This document shows, piece by piece, positions 12,190-25,125 of a DNA stretch of 64,000 bases. The translations under genes were made by a program, and so were the position numbers. The notes under the pieces were generated by a model, which saw nothing but the letters and a program-made list of their open reading frames with translations, did not search any database and was not told the DNA's origin. The stretch is from Macrostomum lignano (lineage: Eukaryota). Position 1 is the stretch's first letter. Each line of letters begins with the position of its first letter. The stretch is from NCBI GenBank assembly GCA_002269645.1, contig NIVC01002888.1, positions 1 to 64,000 of the forward strand, given 5' to 3'.

Positions 12190-12362
12190 CGACTGATGAC
12201 TCGGACTGATGACCCAGACTGATGACCCAGACTGATGACCCAGACTGATGACCCAGACTGATGACTCAGACTGATGACTCAGACTGATGACCCAGACTGA
12301 TTACCCAGACTGATGACCCAGACTGATGACTCAGACTGATGACCCAGACTGATGACTCAGAC
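12190..12362. repeat. 13-bp minisatellite (GACCCAGACTGAT)
   Basis: About 13 copies. Confidence 0.93.
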
Positions 12363-12649
12363 GGTCTGTCGGCAACGTGAGCTCCTGTCTGATTGAAGGC
12401 ACTGAGACAGGCCATGAGAGCGGACGGGCACTGCCGAGTGCTCAAAAGCCAAGCGATGTCGCTGCACATACTTGGGCATCGATAGCAGGCAGGGTTTCAG
12501 TACGGCTGACCGGGAAGATGCAGCGCTGCGATGAGGATGCCTCAGCAGCCTCATTTGTTGGACTTTCATTTGCTGGCCTCGAGCCTAAAAGATCGCGTCA
12601 GCAGCTGCATGGAACCGAAAAGCGCGAGAACCCAATGTGGCCAAGGAGC

Positions 12650-13080
12650 TCGGATGCAGCCATGGGTGCCATTAACCTGCATGTGTCCTCAGCAGCCATG
12701 GGTGCCATTAACCTGCATGCACCCTCAGCAGCCATGGGTGCCATTAACCTGCATGCACCCTCAGCAGCCATGGGTGCCATTAACCTGCATGTGTCCTCAG
12801 CAGCCATGGGTGCCATTAACCTGCATGCACCCTCAGCAGCCATGGGTGCCATTAACCTGCATGCACCCTCAGCAGCCATGGGTGCCATTAACCTGCATGT
12901 GTCCTCAGCAGCCATGGGTGCCATTAACCTGCATGCACCCTCAGCAGCCATGGGTGCCATTAACCTGCATGCACCCTCAGCAGCCATGGGTGCCATTAAC
13001 CTGCATGCACCCTCAGCAGCCATGGGTGCCATTAACCTGCATGCACCCTCAGCAGCCATTGGTCCCATTTACCTGCATGT
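12650..13080. repeat. 36-bp minisatellite (CAGCAGCCATGGGTGCCATTAACCTGCATGCACCCT)
   Basis: About 12 copies with GCACCC/GTGTCC variants; the unit length is a multiple of 3, which creates spurious ORFs. Confidence 0.95.
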
Positions 13081-13464
13081 ATTCTGCCCCGGCAGCAGTC
13101 CTAAGGCTCTGCGTTTGAACACTCAAAGTGCATGCATGTAATGGATCGACTCAGCTGAAAAAGTGCAAGCATTTGTTATATTTAGCATTGCCAAAGGCAT
13201 TACATGTTCGTAAAATTGACAAGAGTTAACAGGCATTTACGAGTTAAATTACATAATAGTAAAACTTCTTTTCTACTTTCAAAATGAAGGAAAAAGGCCA
13301 TGAAGCTCTAAAACAAAAAACAAAAGATAAAGACATGATGTATCACAATAGAAGCAGCAAAGAGAGCCAGCTATGTCAGAAGGACTACGAAATGAAGACT
13401 TACTACTGATATACGATTGTAAATGTGTGAATCCGATTGCTTCAGAAAGTTTTTGTTTGTGTTG

Positions 13465-13754
13465 GTTACTTGACCCAGCTCCTGACCAGCTTGACCCACT
13501 CAGCTCCTGACCAGCTTGACCCACTCACACCCTGACCAGCTTGACCCACTCAGCCCCTGACCAGCTTGACCCACTCACACCCTGACCAGCTTGACCCACT
13601 CACATCCTGACCAGCTTGACCCACTCAGCTCAGCTCCTGACCAGCTTGACTCACTCAGCTCCTGACCAGCTTGACCCACTCACACCCTGACCAGCTTGAC
13701 CCACTCAGCCCCTGACCAGCTTGACCCACTCAGCCCCTGACCAGCTTGACCCAG
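13465..13754. repeat. 25-bp minisatellite overlapping the 3' end of lectin gene 2
   Basis: Same unit as 9210-9583, about 11 copies. Confidence 0.95.
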
Positions 13755-14500
13755 TCCGGGCTGCGCTCGATTTCCGGGTCGACCGGAGCGTCGGCGAACT
13801 GCAGCAGGCGGCAGGCGGCCAGCCGGCTGTTGTACAGAGCGCTGCGGCACCTGCTGCCACACAGGGAGGCTCTGACCAGGCAGGCCTTCAGCGAGGCCAC
13901 TGGCTGCAGCTCATCGCAGCAGCAGTACGTGTCGGTCCGGGTTCTCGTGAACTCAGCCGGAGTCCAGTAGCCAGCCGACTGGGTGGCGGCAGGCGGCTCC
14001 ACGAACTGGCAGACGAAGCCGAGCAAAATGTGGCAGTACCTGTCGCTCAGTCTTAGAGAATCGCCCACAGGTAAGATCCGAATGCAATCCTCTTTGAAGT
14101 TGCCGCTCGGCTCTCCGTGGTACCACAGCGAATCTTCTTTAGGCAGAACGCCGCCGTCGTTGACCCTCTGCCAGCCAGACCGATTTGTGCCGGCCTCAGC
14201 CGCCAGGTCGCTCAGCCCGATCCACCAAGACCCGTTGAAGTTGCCATCAGTCAGGTTCCAAGATTTCACAAGAGCCAGGGACTCGGGCGAGTTGATGAGC
14301 TCGCCGCCCAGCTCAGAGCACCTTCGGTTGGCGGAGCACCAGCTGTAGCTCTGGTTGGACTCGACAAACAGACACAGCTGGGTGGCGGTGCGCAGCCGCT
14401 TGAACGGAGCCGGGCAGGAGACCGTCGTTCGGGACTGCGCTGGGCAGACAGTCAGCAGCAGCAGAGCAGCGGACACGAGCTCAGTGGCTAGGAGCTTCAT
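13730..14500 (-). CDS. Secreted C-type lectin domain protein with PAN/apple-like tail (copy 2, 256 aa, intronless)
   Basis: Signal peptide MKLLATELVSAALLLLTVCPAQS; CTLD with WWIGLSD and EPSGNFKEDC; tail nearly identical to copy 1. Confidence 0.88.
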   Translation of the reverse strand: MKLLATELVSAALLLLTVCPAQSRTTVSCPAPFKRLRTATQLCLFVESNQSYSWCSANRRCSELGGELINSPESLALVKSWNLTDGNFNGSWWIGLSDLAAEAGTNRSGWQRVNDGGVLPKEDSLWYHGEPSGNFKEDCIRILPVGDSLRLSDRYCHILLGFVCQFVEPPAATQSAGYWTPAEFTRTRTDTYCCCDELQPVASLKACLVRASLCGSRCRSALYNSRLAACRLLQFADAPVDPEIERSPDWVKLVRG

Positions 14501-14582
14501 CACTTTTAGCAGTGCCAGAAATTAGCAGCAGCCTTAGCTTGCATCACAAAGCTAAATTCAGAGCAGGTTTGTTGCTGCGGCC

Positions 14583-14596
14583 GTTGCCATGGCTAC
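14583..14596. promoter_or_regulatory. RFX X-box GTTGCCATGGCTAC
   Basis: X-box-like palindrome about 82 nt upstream of lectin 2 ATG, the same position as in copy 1. Confidence 0.65.
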
Positions 14597-15873
14597 AAAT
14601 GGACTAGTATTTGCTGAGCTTTCTTTGGAAGATTAATTTCAGAGTCGATCTGTGTAAGCATGATGGATTTACAAAAATATTGAACTTGTTTACCTTTAAT
14701 TAACCACGCCATCTAATGCGTCATGCAGCAGGTGTAGCCCTTGGTCCATGTAAATATCATTTAACAGTGGGCTAAGCCTATGTAAATAAAAATGTGCGAA
14801 AAGTGAACCAAGTAAAATGTATAACATTGATCTAACAGTCAATAAAACAGGCCTGGTGCATGGCCTAGTAGTTTCTCGTAACGTATCGCCCCTCGATGGA
14901 TGTTGTTTGAGTCACGCGAATCATTTATTGTGTGAACTAAAGCGTGCCAACTGCAGGAGACTTCAACAGTGCCAGCCAGTGTCAGTATATTACAGTAGAT
15001 AGACACCACAACAGTTTTTTACTACTCAAAGTAGAAATCCTTGCGTAATCGTAGTTTCAAGAGTCAGTTAACATTTTCTGTTAAAATTCTCAACATCTTG
15101 AAAACTTCACTTCCTCCATGAAGTCATAAATAAAAAATCAATTGACTCATTTTTTACAAAGCTTTCAATTGTATGGATTTTCAACTGTGCTTGAATGATT
15201 CAAGTAAGGTATTTTTTATTCAATTTATATTTTATACGTAATTGCTTTGTGTTCTCTTTCTGTCATCAAAAAGAAATTCGACGCTTGCATAAGCGAACTC
15301 TGAATAAACTGAAACAAAACATGAAAAAATATACCAAGATTCTAATATTAATAACTTTTTGCTTTGAATAATAGAGTAGTTTAGTGACAAAGCGAAATGA
15401 CAAATGACAAGAATACTTTTCATCAGTACGTAGATATATATAAATTATACATATTTTGACATTCATTAATGCCAACAGGGACTACAGCAGAGACGAAGCT
15501 TTAGTGTTCAAAATCTGGATAAAACAGTGCCAATTTAGCTTTACTCTGGTTTTTAATGAAAATTTCAAATTTGCCTCGTTTTTACCTACTTAAAGTAGTC
15601 ATACAGGGCTAAATTGTATGTTGAATATACGAGTTGAATAATTTAACATTTGCAATCACAACGGGGATAATTAATGTATAAACACAGAAATAAATAAATT
15701 AACAAAACTGTACTCAAATATGTAGTTTCTAAATTGGATCCACTGGAACTTACAAGCAGCAACGAACGTAATAATATTTGAATAATGGAAATGATGAATT
15801 ATTCAAATTGCGTGTTTTTTTGTTAAAATTATCCAGATCGCGTCATTGACTAAAGGCCAGCACGCCAGCGCTC

Positions 15874-18800
15874 TCACAGTGGCTGTTTCTCTTCATAGGC
15901 TGGCGGCGGAGCAGAAGGCGTGGCGGCAGCCTGGTGCGGAGCTGCTCCCGAGTAATAGGCGCTCTGCGGGGGGCCATGGATTAAGTGCGTCGCCTTGATA
16001 ATGAAGACAGGATCAGCTGATGAGGACTTGATAATGAAGACAGGATCAGCTGATGAGGACTTGATAATGAAGACAGGATCAGCTGATGAGGACTTGATAA
16101 TGAAGACAGGATCAGCTGATGAGGACTTGATAATGAAGACAGGATCAGCTGATGAGGACTTGATAATGAAGACAGGATCAGCTGATGAGGACTTGATAAT
16201 GAAGACACATGACCAGCTGATGAGGACTTGATAATGAAGACAGGATCAGCTGATGAGGACTTGATAATGAAGACACATGACCAGCTGATGAGTACTTGAT
16301 AATGAAGACACATGACCAGCTGATGAGGACTTGATAATGAAGACAGGATCAGCTGATGAGGACTTGATAATGAAGACAGGATCAGCTGATGAGGACTTGA
16401 TAATGAAGACACATGACCAGCTGATGAGGACTTGATAATGAAGGCAGGATCAGCTGATGAGGACTTGATAATGAAGACAGGATCAGCTGATGAGGACTTG
16501 ATAATGAAGACACATGACCAGCTGATGAGGACTTGATAATGAAGACAGGATCAGCTGATGAGGACTTGATAATGAAGACAGGATCAGCTGATGAGGACTT
16601 GATAATGAAGACAGGATCAGCTGATGAGGACTTGATAATGAAGACAGGATTAGCTGATGAGGACTTGATAATGAAGACACATGACCAGCTGATGAGTACT
16701 TGATAATGAAGACACATGACCAGCTGATGAGGACTTGATAATGAAGACAGGATCAGCTGATGAGGACTTGATAATGAAGACAGGATCAGCTGATGAGGAC
16801 TTGATAATGAAGACACATGACCAGCTGATGAGGACTTGATAATGAAGACAGGATCAGCTGATGAGGACTTGATAATGAAGACAGGATCAGCTGATGAGGA
16901 CTTGATAATGAAGACAGGATCAGCTGATGAGGACTTGATAATGAAGACAGGATCAGCTGATGAGGACTTGATAATGAAGACAGGATCAGCTGATGAGGAC
17001 TTGATAATGAAGACACATGACCAGCTGATGAGGACTTGATAATGAAGACAGGATCAGCTGATGAGGACTTGATAATGAAGACAGGATCAGCTGATGAGGA
17101 CTTGATAATGAAGACACATGACCAGCTGATGAGGACTTGATAATGAAGACAGGATCAGCTGATGAGGACTTGATAATGAAGACACATGACCAGCTGATGA
17201 GGACTTGATAATGAAGACACATGATCAGCTGATGAGGACTTGATAATGAAGACACATGACCAGCTGATGAGGACTTGATAATGAAGACAGGATCAGCTGA
17301 TGAGGACTTGATAATGAAGACAGGATCAGCTGATGAGGACTTGATAATGAAGACACATGACCAGCTGATGAGGACTTGATAATGAAGACAGGATCAGCTG
17401 ATGAGGACTTGATAATGAAGACAGGATCAGCTGATGAGGACTTGATAATGAAGACAGGATCAGCTGATGAGGACTTGATAATGAAGACACATGACCAGCT
17501 GATGAGGACTTGATAATGAAGACAGGATCAGCTGATGAGGACTTGATAATGAAGACACATGACCAGCTGATGAGGACTTGATAATGAAGACACATGATCA
17601 GCTGATGAGGACTTGATAATGAAGACACATGACCAGCTGATAAGGACTTGATAATGAAGACAGGATCAGCTGATGAGGACTTGATAATGAAGACAGGATC
17701 AGCTGATGAGGACTTGATAATTAAGACAGGATCAGCTGATGAGGACTTGATAATGAAGACACATGACCAGCTGATGAGGACTTGATAATGAAGACAGGAT
17801 CAGCTGATGAGGACTTGATAATGAAGACACATGACCAGCTGATGAGGACTTGATAATGAAGACACATGACCAGCTGATGAGGACTTGATAATGAAGACAG
17901 GATCAGCTGATGAGGACTTGATAATGAAGACAGGATCAGCTGATGAGGACTTGATAATGAAGACACATGACCAGCTGATGAGGACTTGATAATGAAGACA
18001 GGATCAGCTGATGAGGACTTGATAATGAAGACAGGATCAGCTGATGAGGACTTGATAATGAAGACAGGATCAGCTGATGAGGACTTGATAATGAAGACAG
18101 GATTAGCTGATGAGGACTTGATAATGAAGACACATGACCAGCTGATGAGTACTTGATAATGAAGACACATGACCAGCTGATGAGGACTTGATAATGAAGA
18201 CAGGATCAGCTGATGAGGACTTGATAATGAAGACAGGATCAGCTGATGAGGACTTGATAATGAAGACACATGACCAGCTGATGAGGACTTGATAATGAAG
18301 ACAGGATCAGCTGATGAGGACTTGATAATGAAGACAGGATCAGCTGATGAGGACTTGATAATGAAGACAGGATCAGCTGATGAGGACTTGATAATGAAGA
18401 CACATGACCAGCTGATGAGGACTTGATAATGAAGACAGGATCAGCTGATGAGGACTTGATAATGAAGACAGGATCAGCTGATGAGGACTTGATAATGAAG
18501 ACACATGACCAGCTGATGAGGACTTGATAATGAAGACAGGATCAGCTGATGAGGACTTGATAATGAAGACAGGATCAGCTGATGAGGACTTGATAATGAA
18601 GACAGGATCAGCTGATGAGGACTTGATAATGAAGACACATGACCAGCTGATGAGGACTTGATAATGAAGACAGGATCAGCTGATGAGGACTTGATAATGA
18701 AGACAGGATCAGCTGATGAGGACTTGATAATGAAGACACATGACCAGCTGATGAGGACTTGATAATGAAGACAGGATCAGCTGATGAGGACTTGATAATG

Positions 18801-21800
18801 AAGACAGGATCAGCTGATGAGGACTTGATAATGAAGACAGGATCAGCTGATGAGGACTTGATAATGAAGACACATGACCAGCTGATGAGGACTTGATAAT
18901 GAAGACAGGATCAGCTGATGAGGACTTGATAATGAAGACACATGACCAGCTGATGAGGACTTGATAATGAAGACACATGATCAGCTGATGAGGACTTGAT
19001 AATGAAGACACATGACCAGCTGATGAGGACTTGATAATGAAGACAGGATCAGCTGATGAGGACTTGATAATGAAGACAGGATCAGCTGATGAGGACTTGA
19101 TAATGAAGACACATGACCAGCTGATGAGGACTTGATAATGAAGACAGGATCAGCTGATGAGGACTTGATAATGAAGACAGGATCAGCTGATGAGGACTTG
19201 ATAATGAAGACAGGATCAGCTGATGAGGACTTGATAATGAAGACACATGACCAGCTGATGAGGACTTGATAATGAAGACAGGATCAGCTGATGAGGACTT
19301 GATAATGAAGACACATGACCAGCTGATGAGGACTTGATAATGAAGACACATGATCAGCTGATGAGGACTTGATAATAAAGACACATGACCAGCTGATAAG
19401 GACTTGATAATGAAGACAGGATCAGCTGATGAGGACTTGATAATGAAGACAGGATCAGCTGATGAGGACTTGATAATTAAGACAGGATCAGCTGATGAGG
19501 ACTTGATAATGAAGACAGGATCAGCTGATGAGGACTTGATAATGAAGACAGGATCAGCTGATGAGGACTTGATAATGAAGACAGGATCAGCTGATGAGGA
19601 CTTGATAATGAAGACACATGACCAGCTGATGAGGACTTGATAATGAAGACAGGATCAGCTGATGAGGACTTGATAATGAAGACAGGATCAGCTGATGAGG
19701 ACTTGATAATGAAGACACATGACCAGCTGATGAGGACTTGATAATGAAGACAGGATCAGCTGATGAGGACTTGATAATGAAGACAGGATCAGCTGATGAG
19801 GACTTGATAATGAAGACAGGATCAGCTGATGAGGACTTGATAATGAAGACAGGATTAGCTGATGAGGACTTGATAATGAAGACACATGACCAGCTGATGA
19901 GTACTTGATAATGAAGACACATGACCAGCTGATGAGGACTTGATAATGAAGACAGGATCAGCTGATGAGGACTTGATAATGAAGACAGGATCAGCTGATG
20001 AGGACTTGATAATGAAGACACATGACCAGCTGATGAGGACTTGATAATGAAGACAGGATCAGCTGATGAGGACTTGATAATGAAGACAGGATCAGCTGAT
20101 GAGGACTTGATAATGAAGACAGGATCAGCTGATGAGGACTTGATAATGAAGACACATGACCAGCTGATGAGGACTTGATAATGAAGACAGGATCAGCTGA
20201 TGAGGACTTGATAATGAAGACAGGATCAGCTGATGAGGACTTGATAATGAAGACACATGACCAGCTGATGAGGACTTGATAATGAAGACAGGATCAGCTG
20301 ATGAGGACTTGATAATGAAGACACATGACCAGCTGATGAGGACTTGATAATGAAGACACATGATCAGCTGATGAGGACTTGATAATGAAGACACATGACC
20401 AGCTGATGAGGACTTGATAATGAAGACAGGATCAGCTGATGAGGACTTGATAATGAAGACAGGATCAGCTGATGAGGACTTGATAATGAAGACACATGAC
20501 CAGCTGATGAGGACTTGATAATGAAGACAGGATCAGCTGATGAGGACTTGATAATGAAGACAGGATCAGCTGATGAGGACTTGATAATGAAGACAGGATC
20601 AGCTGATGAGGACTTGATAATGAAGACACATGACCAGCTGATGAGGACTTGATAATGAAGACAGGATCAGCTGATGAGGACTTGATAATGAAGACACATG
20701 ACCAGCTGATGAGGACTTGATAATGAAGACACATGATCAGCTGATGAGGACTTGATAATGAAGACACATGACCAGCTGATGAGGACTTGATAATGAAGAC
20801 AGGATCAGCTGATGAGGACTTGATAATGAAGACAGGATCAGCTGATGAGGACTTGATAATTAAGACAGGATCAGCTGATGAGGACTTGATAATGAAGACA
20901 GGATCAGCTGATGAGGACTTGATAATGAAGGCAGGATCAGCTGATGAGGACTTGATAATGAAGACAGGATCAGCTGATGAGGACTTGATAATGAAGACAG
21001 GACCAGCTGATGAGGACTTGATAATGAAGACACATGACCAGCTGATGAGGACTTGATAATGAAGACATGACCAGCTGATGAGGACTTGATAATGAAGGCA
21101 GGATCAGCTAATTAGGACTTGATAATGAAGGCAGGATCAGCTGATGAGGACTTGATAATGAAGACACATGACCAGCTGATAAGGACTTGATAATGAAGAC
21201 AGGATCAGCTGATGAGGACTTGATAATGAAGGCAGGATCAGCTGATGAGGACTTGATAATGAAGACAGGATCAGCTGATGAGGACTTGATAATGAAGACA
21301 GGACCAGCTGATGAGGACTTGATAATGAAGACACATGACCAGCTGATGAGGACTTGATAATGAAGACATGACCAGCTGATGAGGACTTGATAATGAAGGC
21401 AGGATCAGCTAATTAGGACTTGATAATGAAGGCAGGATCAGCTGATGAGGACTTGATAATGAAGACACATGACCAGCTGATAAGGACTTGATAATGAAGG
21501 CAGGATCAGCTGATGAGGACTTGATAATGAAGGCAGGATCAGCTAATGAGGACTTGATAATGAAGGCAGGACAAGGAACAACTCATTAAGAACTAAATTA
21601 AAGGTAAAAATGACAACTTGGGACAAAACCAACCTGAACAGGCGGATAGCTCTGCTGCTGCGGCGGATACGGCGGCTGCTGCTGCTGCGGACCCGGATAT
21701 GGCGGCGGCGGAGCGGCTCCAGGATAGGGCGGCGGAGCCGGCGTCATGTACACATAATTAGGCGGCGGAGGGCCGAAAGCGTCGTGGCACGGCACAAAGC

Positions 21801-24800
21801 CGTAGTTGGGGCCTTCGGCAGCGTATTGGGCAGGCGGAGGGCAGTACAGCTGGGTGGGATCGTAGGCCGAGTAAGGCGGCGGAGCCTGCAAAATATAGTG
21901 TGAAGTTGCGCCATGGAGCATACTGTATTTAGTTGGCTATTAGACTTTTGGGCTTAAATAGGACGGAATTGTCACGGGAACCTTCGTTTCCTAGCAACTA
22001 TTTTGAGTCTATTTGTTTGGGAGCAAAAGCCATTTTCGGTATTTTTGGCATTTTTTAATGAAAAGTTCTTTACTCCGTCTCGAGTGTGTGTGGGGGTGGA
22101 GGGAAGGGGCCGTAGCCCTGGCGTCTGGCGCGGCGCTCTGATGTGCCAGCGGCCCAGGTTCGATTCCCATCCCAGTGCAGTCGCATTAATTTGGGGCTAA
22201 TTTGGAATCTTGGCTTGGCTCTGCTCGTGCAATTAACGCCCTTGAGGGCCAACCCCCAAGGCACAGTGAAGAGTACGTTCTCAGGGGAGTCGGTGGAATG
22301 GACAGTAATGCCTCTCGCCGGTTATGCGACAAGCCCCCTCAAGGTGCACTCAGCCCCCTGCCTCTAATAAACAACACTCCCGTTGTGTATTTTTTCCTGG
22401 GAAAAACTAGCTCCTCAAAATGGTTTCTAATAATCAAAAAGTGACCCATCAGACTGTGTGAGGTTGTACCTGATCAGGGTCAGTCAATCAGCATCTATCA
22501 GTCAAAGCCCCCCTCAGTCGGTCTCAATAACCGCTAAGCTGTTCTCACCTGAAAGCCGTGCCTATTAGCATTGGCTCGCCGGCCAGCCTCAAGCAGGCAC
22601 TGGGCGAATTCAATAGCGCCGCCTTTGTTAAAAGTGACGCTGAAATGCGCCATGCCAGTGAAACCGCCGTCAGGCTCTGGCGTTGCCTTGCCTTCAATCC
22701 GGTTGGCGCCGAATATTGGCTGCTTAACCTCCACCTGCTTCATGTTGAGCAGCGGCATTGACATTGAGTGCACTTGGCCAGACTTGCACAGGCAGATGGT
22801 CTGCAAGTTGGATGACATGACACAATTAATGAGCACTGAACTCAAATTAATCAGCTATGGTGACTGTTAATGCGTACCCTGTGCGATGTTAGAAACACAG
22901 AGCCTTTGCTAGTAGTCGAAAGCTGAGGCTGATTGTCAAACTTGAGTTGAATTTCGCATCCATCGTAGAAGATGAGCAGCCTAAAAGTTTATTGCAAGTT
23001 TAGCCAATATTTAAAATCACATGGAGAATTGATATGGTTAGAGGAAAAGTACAGTTTGTATAATAGCATAATTATCTTGGAGTTCTACAAGTTCTAATAT
23101 CTAATTTACATTGAAATTTAATTAGTTTCTTACACATAACCATTCAGATAGATTCAATGGTTTAACCCTAAGAATTTAAGAATTCTCGACACAAAAGCTT
23201 TGAAACTAGAAATTTACTCATTCATTTTTTACTACTTTACTTACCATGAAACCAAATGCTCAATTGGTCTTTTAGGTCTTGTTATTGGGGCTACTTTTAC
23301 TAGATAGAGAAACTAAATATAGAAAATGTGTTTTTATAACCAAATTAATAAAAAAATTAAAAAATTATATTTTTATAAAATATCCTTTTGTTATAACATG
23401 TAACCATTATGAGTATCTTAACTTTAAGTTTTCTAATCTTGCAAGTTGCATTTATACTGTTTATCTTGGTTAGCTAGTTAGAAAAAACTATCAAATAGAA
23501 TAATCTAGCTTTGAATGACAATCAAAGGAAAGTAATATATTAGTAAGTATACTATATATACTAGATATACCATACTATACTATACTATACAATATACTAT
23601 ACTATTTAGTATACTATACTAAATATACTAGATAAGTCTTTAAAATAGTTCTTGGTATGAAATATTGTTTTAATGCTTTTTATTTTGTTGACTAAATAAG
23701 GAAATATCACAAAAACATTTTTGAAAGTATGAATTGACAAATATGCATTTTTCACTTTTTGAAAAAAGAATTAATTTTAAGCCCTATAGGCCTCAAAGAA
23801 GGCTAATTTTTATTATTCTCAAAACAGAAAGTATTTGTTGTCTTACTTTTTTATTCAAAAAGATGAAAGATTTGTAAACATTTCTAACTTTTTTGAAAAA
23901 GGCTTTTTTAATTCTTATGGGAATTAATTTAAATGTGTTATCTAGCATCCAAATTAGGTACTTAAAAGAAGCTTATAAAACAATCAAATACCATTATATT
24001 ATAATTAAATATGTATCATTGTGGCATATGTATAGGAAAAAAGAGATATTTCAATTGATGTGGATTGTGGTAGAAGCTAAGAAAAGTGCAATTTTTAAAT
24101 CCTCATAAGAATTATTATATCACTTGGCTTCTGAATCAAATGTTTCCTATAGGCTTAGTAAGTGACAAAAAATATTACAATTAATATATTTATTATTGTT
24201 AATAATTAATAAATATTGATTCTATAAAAGATACATGGATCCATATGGATAAAATTGGAACTATTGATATGGCTATAGACTATTGGCCTATAGACTTGAA
24301 TAGTGGCAGCTATTTCAATAAGCTGCCATGGGGATAAGCTGGAAATTATTGACACGGATCCGTGTGGATAAAATTGGAATTATTAGTATAGGACTGTTGA
24401 GGATAAGCACTTCCTATTGGAAATAATATATTTACTTAATAATTTTGATTGTTGTAGTGTTTTTTTAACATTTTAACACATTGTTTCTTTCAAGATAAAA
24501 CTATATACAGATAATTAATGCTATCATAGATATTTTAAAATTCATTGAACTTAAATCAATTTATTTTATATCTTCATTGCTTTAGAATCACAACATTCTT
24601 TTTCTAAAAAACTTGCTTTAAGTTTTGGATTTCAATATTTGCTTTTATATTATTTAATTTGATTCAATACTAGGCTTACAGTTTAGGCTGTATGACAAAA
24701 AATAGGAGGGCCTAATGGTTAAAATTGATATACATATATAATAATATCTACCTAATTTAGGTTTCAAAATTAATTCTGAAATACATAGGCCTCTTTTTAA

Positions 24801-25125
24801 TTATGGGCTATACATGTATTTGAAAGCTAGAATTATTAGCTCTTGTAAAACAAAGTAAAAATGGCCATAAATATAATATAGCATAAAAAGTTTTTTTTTA
24901 TATTTTTCTATAGACTATAAAATAGGCTAGGCCTATAGATAGCATCTAGGCCTACATTTATTTATGATATCGTTTCACTAACATTTTATACACATTTGCC
25001 TATTCTACTTAAATTATAGACAAAAGACAGTCCAAACAATTCAAACAATTTTTAAACAAGACTCACCTTTCTCCATAAAAAAGAACTACACCACCTCCTG
25101 TAGCATGGGCTTTGTTAATCGACAT
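15874..25125 (-). CDS. WBP2: WW domain-binding protein 2 (GRAM domain + PPxY tail), 5 exons, 251 aa
   Basis: Exons 25125-25067 (MSINKAHATGGGVVLFYGE), 22980-22878 (..KGSVFLTSHR), 22800-22549 (MPLLNMKQVEVKQPIFGANRIEG..FNKGGAIEF), 21885-21634 (PPxY-rich) and 15963-15874 (SAYYSG..PPPAYEEKQPL*). All junctions GT-AG and phase-consistent, total 756 nt. Confidence 0.93.
15990..21570. repeat. 5.6-kb satellite of 33-bp (GATAATGAAGACAGGATCAGCTGATGAGGACTT) and 34-bp (..GACACATGACCAGCTG..) units inside WBP2 intron 4
   Basis: Roughly 165 units of two interspersed types, with rare variants recurring at about 1.75-kb spacing. Confidence 0.98.
22105..22375 (+). mobile_element. tRNA-derived SINE-like element (family B) in WBP2 intron 3
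   Basis: A-box-like TGGCGTCTGG and B-box GGTTCGATTCCC; body GGCCAACCCCCAAGGCACAG shared with copies at 33.2, 33.9 and 46.3-46.6 kb. Confidence 0.6.

Noticed and set aside
12377-13141. 254-aa ORF with AAMGAINLHAPS repeats
   Set aside because: A 36-bp unit keeps frames open on both strands; no splice context or domain.
15981-21334. Many ORFs (MSSLSSPHQLIL.., MIMKTGSADEDL..)
   Set aside because: Translations of the 33/34-bp satellite; no coding signal.
9210-21570. Regular repeats as possible CRISPR arrays
   Set aside because: Head-to-tail tandem units with no unique spacers, no cas genes and a eukaryotic context.
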